From NCBI GenBank assembly GCA_000004985.1, contig GG738891.1: DNA of 64,000 nucleotides; one strand, given 5' to 3'. Position 1 is the stretch's first letter, and every line of letters begins with the position of its first letter. The position numbers and the translations under genes were made by a program. Source of the stretch: Naegleria gruberi (Eukaryota). The notes below the pieces were generated by a model that saw only the letters and a list, made by a program, of their open reading frames with translations, was not told the DNA's origin and ran no database searches. Shown one piece after another: positions 51,301-63,300 of this stretch.

Positions 51301-54300
51301 AAGTATAATATTGGCATTCTTCTCCGAAATATCCATCATTACAACGACATGAATTGTAATCAATACATTGGCCGTTAGAGGAACAAGCAGTTTCGTTTTG
51401 GTTGGAATATTCGAAACATTCGAATATCTCACAATTGAAGCCCCTGTAATTAAGCGAGCAGTTACATTGATTGTAATCAATGCAATTACCCTTTGATGAG
51501 CAGACTGTTGAATTTAGAGATGATACTGAGCTACATGTGGTCAACTCACAATTTTTTCCAAAATAATTTTCTTCACAAGTACAATTATCGAAACTTGAGC
51601 ATTTTCCTCGAGAAGAGCAAACTTTAAAATCGACATTTGATATTCCATGACATGAAAAATATTGACATTCGTCTCCAGAATATTCATCATTTTCACAAGC
51701 GCAATTATTAAAGGAAGTACATTTGCCGAAACCAGAACAAACTGAAGAGTTATAAGATTCAATTCCATTACAAGTGGTAATTTCACAACTCAATCCAAAA
51801 TAATTCATTTCACATTGACAGGTGTCAAAATCAACACAAGCTCCATAACCAGTACAAACCAAACTGTCATTACTCAATATTCCATTACAACTTGTCACTT
51901 GACACATTGATCCAAACATATTTTCCTTACATTCACAAGTATTTACATCAAGACATTTGCCACGACCAGAACATGACAAGTTGGAGAATTTGGAAATTTC
52001 AAAACAATTGAAATTTTCACATGAATCTCCATAATAATCAGCTGTGCAATTACAAGTATTGTAATCTATACATGTTCCCTTTGATGAGCAAACAGAACTT
52101 TCATTGGATTGAATATTATTACAAGTGGTCAATTCGCAATTATTTCCAAAATAGGAATCAATACAGGTGCAATTATCAAAACTCGAACATTTTCCTTTTG
52201 AAGAACAAACAGATTCCAAAGTATTGTTCACATTGAAACAAGTATAAAATTGACAATCATTTCCAAAGTATCCTTCGTCACATTCGCAATTCTCAAAACT
52301 TTTACAATGACCTCTTGATGAGCAAACTGAGGAATTGTAATGTTCAATGCCATTACAGTTAAATAATTCACAATTGGTTCCATAATATCCTTCATTGCAT
52401 TCGCAGAAATCAAAATCTGTGCAATTTCCTTTTCCAGAACAAACATTAGTTTCGTTTGAAAGTGTTGAATTACAACTGGTCAATTGACATTCATCTCCTA
52501 AATAATTAAGGAAACATGAACAATTATTTGTTGAATAGCATTCTCCACGTGAATGACAAACAGATGAGTTGATATTCAAAATGTCAAAACATTTGAATTC
52601 AGAACAATCAGAACCAAATGAATTTTCAAAACATTGACAGGTGTCAAATTGTGAACAAACTCCATTTCCAGAACATGTCAAATCTGTTACATTGGATGGA
52701 ACTCCAAAACATACAGTAACTTGGCAGAATTGACCAAAATAATTTTCAGTGCAATTACAACTATCTGTTTCAATACAATTACCACGTCCTGAACAAACAA
52801 TTGATTCATTACTCAATGTTCCATTACATTTGTATAATGAACAGTCAGCTCCGTAAGCATCTGGTTGACATTGACAGGAATTCACATCAGAACATTTGCC
52901 TCTGCCAGAACAAACTAATTGTGATTGATTTGAAGGAATGGAAAAACAATCAGTCACTTGACAATAATCTCCATAATATCCATCTCTGCATGAACATTGA
53001 TTTGGTGATAGACATTCTCCTCTTCCAGAACAAGTAATTGTTTCATTACTAAAAATGGAATTACATATTGTAACTGAACAATTCAGTCCAAAGTAATTAA
53101 AATCACATTCACACAAATCTGTTTCTGAACAAATACCATGTCCAGAACAAACCAAAGATTCACTATTATTCAAACCAAAGCAAGTGTGGAATTGACAATT
53201 CTCTCCATAATATCCCTCAGAACAATTACAATGATTGTAAGAAGAACAATCACCTTTTCCAGAACAAACACTGTTATTGGTCATATCAAGTCCAAAACAA
53301 GATGTTCTCTCACAAAATTCACCATAGTATCCATCCGTACAATTACAAATATCTTTTGCAACACAATTTCCATTGGAATTACAAACACTTGTCAAATTAC
53401 CAAAAGTTCCATTACATTTGGATATGGAACAATCCTCACCAAATGCATCTGGAAGACAAATACATGAATCTATATCTGAACAATTGCCTCTTCCTGAACA
53501 AACTGTAGAGTCCAAGTTGAGTGTGCCAAGACATGAGAATTGAGAACAAGTTATTCCTGAATAACCTGGTTTACAAGTACAATTATTGAAAGAAGAACAT
53601 AAACCGTGAGAGGAGCATACTTGAGTGAAATTGGAAACAATATTTTCACAAGTCGTGAGCTGGCAGAATGGACCAAAATAATTTGCCGTGCAATTACAGA
53701 TATCTGGATTAATACACGAGCCACTTCCGCTACAAACAAGGGAATCATTACTTGGAATACCATTGCACAATGTAAATTCACAATTTGTTCCATAAATTTG
53801 AGAATTATTGCAATGACAATTGTTAACATCTGAACAAACGCCCCTTGAGGAACAAACTGATGAGGAATTTCTGTTAAATCCAAAGCAATCATATTCTTGA
53901 CAGTCAGATCCATAGTATCCTTCCTCACATTCACAATTATTGTATTGAGTACAATTACCGCGACCTGAACAAACAATTGTGGAATTTGAAACGATATTTG
54001 AACACGTTGTGAACTGACACCATTCACCAAAGTAATGTTTGGAACAGTTGCAAACTTTGAAATCGGTACAAATACCATTCTTTGAACAGACTAATGAATC
54101 ATTTGCAGTAATATTGTTACAATATGGAATTTCACAATTCAATCCAGTATAACCATATTTGGAATCACAATTACAATTATTATATGAATCACAACTTCCA
54201 TGTCTACTACAAACACGTTGATCATTAGATCCAAAACCATAACATGTTGTAAAATCACAAAAAGTTCCAGCATAATTCAAGTCACATTCACAAACGTCCA

Positions 54301-57300
54301 TGTCAACACATTTTCCAAAATTATTACAAACAAGAGATGAGTTTGAAGAGATCGAATCACAAGTAGTAAATTCACAATTCGATCCAAAATATCCTTCTCT
54401 ACATTCACATCTATTGTACTCTGAACAGATTCCTCGGCCACTACATACAGACCTATTATTCGAATCCACTCGGTCACAAGTTGTAAGTTCACACCAATCA
54501 CCGAAATAATTCTGAGAGCAGTTACAATAATTTGGACCATAGCAAGTACCCCTGGAATTACAAACTCTTGAATCATTGCTCATCGTTCCATTACAATATG
54601 TCAATTCGCATTCTAATCCAAAACTAAACTCATTACACTCACACTTATTGTAATCAACACATTTGCCATTTTTTGAACAAGTTTCATTGGAATTAAAAAC
54701 TCCAAAACATGAAAATTCGCTGCAATTAAACCCAAAGTATCCATAACTGCATTCACAGGTATCGTATGCAGTACATTTACCCTTTCCATTACAAACTTGA
54801 GAATGTTGTGAATCAACTCCATAACAACTGGTCAACTCACAAAAGGAGCCCCAATAGTACGGTTCTATACAAGAGCACACATCAGGATTAGAACAGTTGC
54901 CTCTACCAACATCAGTACACTTTCCAATTAGTCCATTACATATTGGAATATCACAATCTGAGCCACCATAACCTAAAGTCTCATTACATGTGCAATTATT
55001 GAAATTTTCACACAATCCTCTCAAATTACAAACCAATGGTGAAGTGTTTTCAATGAGATTACATGTTGTAAATTGACACCACTCTCCATAATGACCCTCT
55101 TCACATGAACAAACATCGGTTTTTGTGCATTTTCCATGACCATTACAAACAAGAGTTTCATTTCCCAAAGTGCCATTACAATACAATACTGAACAATCAA
55201 CTCCAAAAGTGTCTGGTCTACAAGAGCAGGTATTGAAATCTGTACAATTTCCATTTCCAGAACAAACAGTTGGAGAGTTTGGAAGCAAATCAAAACATGT
55301 GAATAAATTGCAGTCCTCTCTGACATATGGTTGTAAAGGGTCAAAGGTTGATGGTTGACTGAATTTTGCTTGTTTCAAAATTAAATAACCACCTTCTGTA
55401 CAGGTTGACCAAATAGCTCCTTGAATATTATCTGAAACTATGAAATCGTGTCCATATCTTGCAATTACAGTTCCATGAACATTTCCAGAAAAGGTATTTC
55501 CATGAATTGCTGGATTGTAAACCCAATTTGCATTTCCAGAGCTGAAATAATAAGTCAACCAAAAAACATTTCTATAGGTAGCACATTTCAGATAGGTAAA
55601 ATCGGCGCCAAAATAGTGTACGAAAGGAAGCTTAAAGACCACTGGTTCAATTCCTACAATTGTAAACTTTTGGCCATTGATTGTCCATCCATTTTCCATG
55701 CAATAGACACCTCCTCTGTTGATGATAATGTTTCTACCCATGTCAGTGTCTGGATTTTTTATCATGTAATCACAAGGAAGGGCCAGAAGCTCCTGCATCT
55801 TATTAGAAACTTGTTGAACTAATTCTAAACCGTAATTTTCTGAACTGTTTGTAACTATAGCACTTCCATTGGCAACATAGGGATAAACTGGATCTGGATA
55901 AACATAATTTGGAGGATTAATGACGAATGAAGGTATTGCAATACTAGCAGAAAGTGGCGCGTTATCCAAACTATTCTTAACTAAAACTATTGGAATGTTG
56001 GAGATTAATTTATAACCAGCAAATATATCATTTTCGCACAAGGTTCCAGAAAAGCCAGCACTACAAGTACATTGATCAAATGCATAGCAACGTCCTCTTC
56101 CAGAACAAACTGAACTATTCGTATTTTCAATGCCGAAACATGAAGTAAATTGGCAGAAAGTTCCATAATAATTTTGAGAACAGGAGCAATTATTTGGAGC
56201 AAAACAAGCACCTCTTCCAGGTGCAGTACAAATTCCTACCAAATTATTACAAATAGGAATATCACAATTAGGTCCGCCAAATCCCATTTCTGTCCTACAT
56301 GTACAATTATCGAAATAGTCACAAATTCCACTACTGTTACAAACAAGAGGTGAATATTTGGAAACTCCTGCACATGTTGTAAACTCACAAAAAGTTCCAT
56401 TGTGTCCAAAGTCACATTGACATGTATCCTTGGCCACACATCGTCCGTGTCCACTACAAACATTTGAAACATTACTAAGAATTCCATTACAAAAGGAAAG
56501 TGAGCATTGAGGACCATAACTATCTGAATTACATATACAGGTGTCAAAATCTACACATTTACCCCTTCCAGAACATGTCATATTTGAAGTTGACACAATG
56601 CCATAACAATTCACACGAGAACAGAAAGTTCCATCATAATACGAATCTTGTGGATTAAATGTTATAGGTGCTGACAGTTTTACATCTTTAAAATTGAGAT
56701 TTCCTTTAGAATTTGGTGAATGAATCATCAAAGATCCTTGTATGTCACCTGTAACTGTCAAATCAGCATTGCTATTTGCGATCATTGTTCCTTGAACAGT
56801 TCCAGAAATAGTTAAATTAGAGTTTGCATCAGTGGATAGGAAGAGTAAATTTCTATAAGTTGCGCACTCAAGATATGAAACCTTGGATCCAATATAATTA
56901 AAATACGGAGCTTTAAAGACAACTTGTTCAGTACCTATTATGGTTAAAGACATTTTGTTAATTGTCCATCCTTGCTTCAAGCAATAAACCATTCCACCTC
57001 TAATAGTGATGCTAGTAGTCAATTCCAAGTCTGGATTAGTAACATTAACTGTACATGGTAATGCTATTAATTCAGTTACTTTTTTTGTTAATTCTTGAGA
57101 AAGAATTTGTCCGCTAGATGTTGTAGTATTCTTAATGACTGCATCTCCATTCGAAACATATTGGAATTGATACTTTTCTGTAACCATTAGTGGAATTGCA
57201 ATACTGGCCAATAGATATGAATTGGATCTTGAGTTTTTTACCAAATTTAGTTTCTTATTGGTGATGAGTTTGTATCCAGCAAAAAGATCATTTTGACAGT

Positions 57301-60300
57301 TAGTGCCAGAGAAACCTGCTCTACAAGAGCATGTATTGTAATCTGTACAATAACCATGTCCACTACAAACCATCGAATCATTGGAAATAAGCCCAAAACA
57401 AGTAGTCAACTCACAATTCACACCCAAATATCGTGAAGATGAGCATGTACAAGTATTAGCATTCGAACAAGTTCCTCTTCTCGAACAAACATTAGGATTT
57501 GAAGCATTCAAACCGAAACACATGGAAACATTGCACCAAGTTCCAGTAAATTTCGAATAATCAGCGCAAGTGCAATTATTGAAAGGCCAACAAGTTCCAT
57601 GCCCACCACAAACTAATGAAGAATTTGAAGATGAAATGGAAGCACAAGTTGTTTGATTGCAATTTGGTCCAAAATAATTGGATTTACAGGAACAAGTGTC
57701 AGTTGCCAAACAACTTCCCAATCCATTGCAAGTTTGTGTGGAATTACTCCAAATGCCAAAGCATTTCTGAATGGAACAATTCGTTCCATAATATCCATCG
57801 TAACATTTACATGTGTCAATAGCAGAACAAACACCTTTTCCACTACAAACATTTGTTGAATTTTTGAGAATTCCAAAACATTTGTAAATTTCACAATTAC
57901 TTCCAGAATATCCTGTCTTACAAGTACAATTGTTGTAATCAATGCATTTACCAAATCCTGAACAAGTTAGTGAATTATTTGATTCAATTCCACCACAAGT
58001 TGTCAAATCACAGAATTGACCATGATAACGTTGTGAACAGTTACAAACATCTGGATAGATACATGAACCATGAGTATTACAAACTGATGAAAGAGAAGCC
58101 TTTGTTCTATTGCAAATAGGAATTTCACAATCTAATCCAGTATAACCAAACTCTGAACTGCAATTACAATTATTGTAAACTTGACAAGAACCTCTTTCTC
58201 TACAAGCCAAGGAAGAATTTGATGAAACACCATTACATGTGGTTAGCTCACAGAATTTTCCGTAATAATGAGCATTACACTCACAAATGTCTTTGGCAGA
58301 ACAAATTCCTCTACCAGAACAAACAGTTGATATGTTACTGAAAATTCCATCACATTTAGATATGGAACAATCACTTCCATAGGCATCCTCTGAGCATACA
58401 CAAGTGTTATAATCTATGCATTGTCCTCTTCCATGACATGTACTATTTAAATTTGAAGAAACATTATAGCAAGAAGTGTAATTACAAAAATCTCCGATAT
58501 ACTTTTCATGAGTATCAAAAGTTAATGGTACAGCAAGAGAAACTTCATGTAAAATTGAGGTAGAGCTTCCTGTTACCCATAATTGACCATCAAACGGTCC
58601 TATTACCGTCATTGATCCAGAATAATTGGGAATGTACGTTCCAAGAATTGGTGGTAAATAATTTGTCAACTTGTTTCCTCCTTCAATCACAGTGGAACCA
58701 CCAATTATCCAGAAAAAGTTTCTATGGGATGCACATTCCAGTAGCAATATGTTTGCATTAGTAATTGTAAGAGACTGAACTTTGAAAATCACTAGTTCAG
58801 TACCAATAATTACAATTCTTTGGGACGAGTTGATTGTCCAAGTGAAATCAAAACAAAATACCCCAGATTTTCTAACAACAAGTTCTTTAGGTATTTGTGA
58901 TGAGCTGGTAAATCGTTGAGTGCAGGCCATTGCTATCAAGCTAGTTCTTTTTCTCTTCATTTTTTGAATAATCACATTTGACAGCGAGATAGAACTTTTA
59001 GTCATGGTTGCCTTTCCCTTGGATTTTAAAGTAATTCCGGTACTACTCATAGAACCATAAATAATACTTGATCCAAAGTACCTAGTTAAGCTGTTTACAA
59101 CTGGCTGATAATAGTTGTTCGAATATTCAATTTCGAATACACCTGGAGTATCAGAAATGAGACCATACCCAGCAAACATATCATACATGAATCTTTCACA
59201 ATAGATTCCATCATATTCGTCCTGACAAGAGCATGTTTCGTACAAATTACAAGCTCCATGTCCATTACAAACAAACGAATCATTCGAAGCAGTTTGGTTA
59301 CAAGTTGTCAGTTGACACCAATCACCATAATAATGATCATTACATAAACAGCTATTAGGGGATGTACACTTTCCGTGTGAGCTACAAACATTCGAATTAT
59401 CGCTATAAGTTCCATTACAAATTGTAATCTGACAATTCAATCCAAAATAATTTGGAATACAGGAACAAGTATTTGGGGCCATGCATGAACCTTTAGAAGA
59501 ACAAGTTGAATTCAACAAGCTAGATACTCCATTGCAATCATACTTATTACAAATTGTATCGTAATAACCTGATTTACATGTACAAGTTTCGAATGCAGTA
59601 CAAGTACCATGTGAGGAACAAACGGCCGTGTTATTCGATTCAGTTCCATTACAAGTAGTTACCTCACAATTAACACCATAGTAATGTTCTTTGCAGTGAC
59701 ATGTATTTGGTTCTGTGCAGTTACCTCTACCTGAGCAGACTTTCGAATCAGTGGCAGGTTTAGAATAACAAACAGGGATTTGACATTCAGATCCAGTATA
59801 TCCCTTTAGAGGATTACAAACACAAGTATTATAAGGCCAACAAGTACCCCTTTCATTACAAACGGTGGTGTTTGTGGAATTAATTCCAAAACATGTTGTA
59901 AATTGACATTTGAAGCTTTCGTAATTTGGTTTACAGACACAGGTGTCAGTATCTACACATGTGCCTTCTCCGCTACAAACATGTGATACATCATTACTTA
60001 AATACCCATAACACTTGGAAATTGAGCAATCATTTCCATAATATCCATCTCTACATTTACAATTATTGTAATCTAAACATTCACCTCTTCCAGAGCAAGT
60101 TGTGTTTGAATTTCTATTGATTCCATAACAATTAAATTCTTGACAATTATTTCCGTAATAGTTCGTCTTACAATCGCACTTTTCAAAGGCAGAACAAGAA
60201 CCATGAGATGAACAAACAGTTGAATTTGTTGAATTAATTTCTGAACATGTTGTCACTTGACATAGATCACCAAAGTAATGATCTGAACAATTACATACAG

Positions 60301-63300
60301 AAGGAGAGATGCAAGAACCATGTGCACTGCATACTGCACTACCAGTTGCCAAAATTCCTTTACAAATAGGAACTTGGCAATAGCTTCCTCCATATCCATA
60401 ATTGGAATTACAAGAACAGTTTTCATATTTGATGCATTGTCCTCTTCCACTGCAAACATCTGAAGAATTGCTGGAAATACCTCCACAAGTAGTCAATTCA
60501 CAGAAAGTTCCATAATAATTAGCATTACAAGAACAAGTATCTGGTCCTACACATTTTCCTCGAGTGGAGCAAACTGAAGATGTATTGCTATATGTGGAGT
60601 TACATAAGAACAAGGAGCAATCTAATCCAAAAGCACCTTCTAGACACTTGCATGTATCAATATCGACACAAACACCCTTTCCTGAACAAGTTGTATTTGA
60701 GTTGGATTTTTCATTGTAACATGTTGTAAAGTTACAAAAATCTCCAACTATTTGATCATAAGGATCAAATGTTATAGGAGCTGTAAACTTCACATTACTT
60801 AATTCTATCATCCCTAAATTCCAAATCTGACCTTCAACAAGACCACTAATTGGCAAATAGTCAACCGATGAAACAAGAGTTCCATACAGAGGACCCACAA
60901 CACGTGAAGTGAAATTCACAGACTTTCCTATGAACCAATAAACATTTCTAAATGACGAACATTCTAAATGAATCATTGAAACATTCTTATAATCAATACT
61001 TGGTGCTTTGAATACAATTGTCTCTGTACCAATTATTGTAATCTTTGTAGAAGAAACTGTTAAAGTTGAATTAAAGCAATAGACTCCTCCCTTTCTAATT
61101 ACCATAGAATTTGCAAAGAATGATAGAGAATTTGATATGTAATAGTTGCATCTCAATAGATTTAACTCTTGAACTTTTTCTTTCATTTGTCGAAGCAATT
61201 CTATACCAATTGGTTGACTTGTATTTGTAATGATAGCATTTCCATTAGAAATGTATTCGTATTGACCTTGAGAAACATTCATTGATGGTATAGCTATACT
61301 TGCCATCAAAGGGGAATTAGTTTGCAAGTTGATTTTTACATTGATTTTCGACTCACTGATTAATTTGTATCCAGCAAAGTAATCATGAATGAAAAGTTCA
61401 CAATTTGAACCATTATAACGAGTTACACATTCACAGATATCATAATCTAGACATTTTCCGTTTCCAGAACAAGCTAATGAAGAATTAGAAACCTCGCCAA
61501 AACATGTTGTCATTTCACACAAACTTCCCAAATAATTGCTATCACATGAACAGAGATCTGTAGAAGTACATGATCCGTGAGAGCTACATACAGAAGAAAC
61601 GTTGCTAAATACCCCGTTACATGTAGTTACTTCACAAGTATTTCCATAGAAATTTGTATTGCATTCACAAGTGTCTATATCAATACAATTTCCATTTTTG
61701 GAGCAAGATAAACCAGAGGCCATTCCTATTCCAAAGCAATCATATTCCTGACAAATCTTACCATAATAACCTTCCATGCATGAACAATTGTTAAAATCTG
61801 TGCATTCACCATGTCCAGAGCAAACCAAAGAATCATTTGAACTGATTCCATCGCATGTGGTCAACTCACATAAATTTCCAAAGTATGTGTCACTGCAATT
61901 ACAATAATCCAGCAATACACAATTTCCTCTATGGTTACACACCGTTTCATTGGTAGATATTATACCTTTGCAATATGTAAGTTCACATGAAAATCCCTCA
62001 AACCCTTCAAAACAAGTACAATTCTCAGCCATCGCACAAATTCCATTTCCATTACAAACAGTTGTGTCATTTGACAATACTCCACCACACAAGGTTTCAG
62101 AGCATGTCTCACCAAAATAGTTCAATTCGCAAAGGCAACTGTTTGTACTATGGCAAGAACCTCTTCCAGAGCAAACAGAACTGTCATTACTCGAAATACC
62201 ATTACAATAGGAAATTTCACACATCGCTCCCTCATATCCTTCTTCACATTGACAAGAATCAATATCTAAGCATTGACCCCTTCCAGAACAAACTTTACTA
62301 TTGTTCAAAGATAAACCGAAACAATTAAAAATTTCACATTCTTGTCCATAGTATCCTTGGGCACATTCACAATAATTGAAAGAAGAACAACTTCCTCTCA
62401 TGGAACAAACTGATGTAGAGTTGGATTCTAATCCAAAACACGTGGTTGATTGACAGAATTCTCCATAATAATTATCTGTACAATTGCAAATATTAACATC
62501 AATACATTGACCTCTTTCTGGTTGAGTGCAATAACCAACCAATCCATTGCACGTTGGAATATCACAATTGGATCCTCCATAAAGAAATGATGCATCACAA
62601 GAGCAATTATTAAATTTCTCACATGAACCTCTTTGATTACAGGCATTTGGTGATAAATTTGAAATACCATCACAAGTTCTGAATTGACACCAAGTACCAT
62701 TATTTCCATATTCACAAAGACAAGTATCTGTAGAGATACATTGACCATTTCCACTGCATGCATTCGATTCATTTCCAAGTACTCCATTACATTTGGAAAT
62801 AGAACAATCGTGTCCATAACTTTCTGAAGGACACAAGCATGCGTCCAAGCCAACACATAATCCCCTTCCTCCACAAACGCTCGCCTCACTCGATAACACT
62901 CCAAAACAATAGGTACTTAAGCATTGTGCAGTAATATAGGTATCATATGGATTGAAAGTTATTGGCGGACTAAACACGAGATCAAAAACAATCAATTGAG
63001 TTCCTCCGACATACCAGATTGCTCCTTGGACATTGTGGTAAACCTCCAAGCTGTAATAAGGAGAGGCTCCTATCACTGTACCATGAATTGTTCCTGTGAA
63101 AAAGTTGCCATTCAATCCTCTATCAAATGTCAACCAGAAAAAGTTTCTGTAAGAGGCACATTCCAAGTAATAGAAAGTGGCTCCATAGTAGTAGACAAAA
63201 GGAGTTTTGATTACAACAGGTTCTGTACCAATCACTACAAAAGTATAAGATGAATCTATGGCCAATCCATTTGGAAAACAATACACTCCTCCATGTTTGA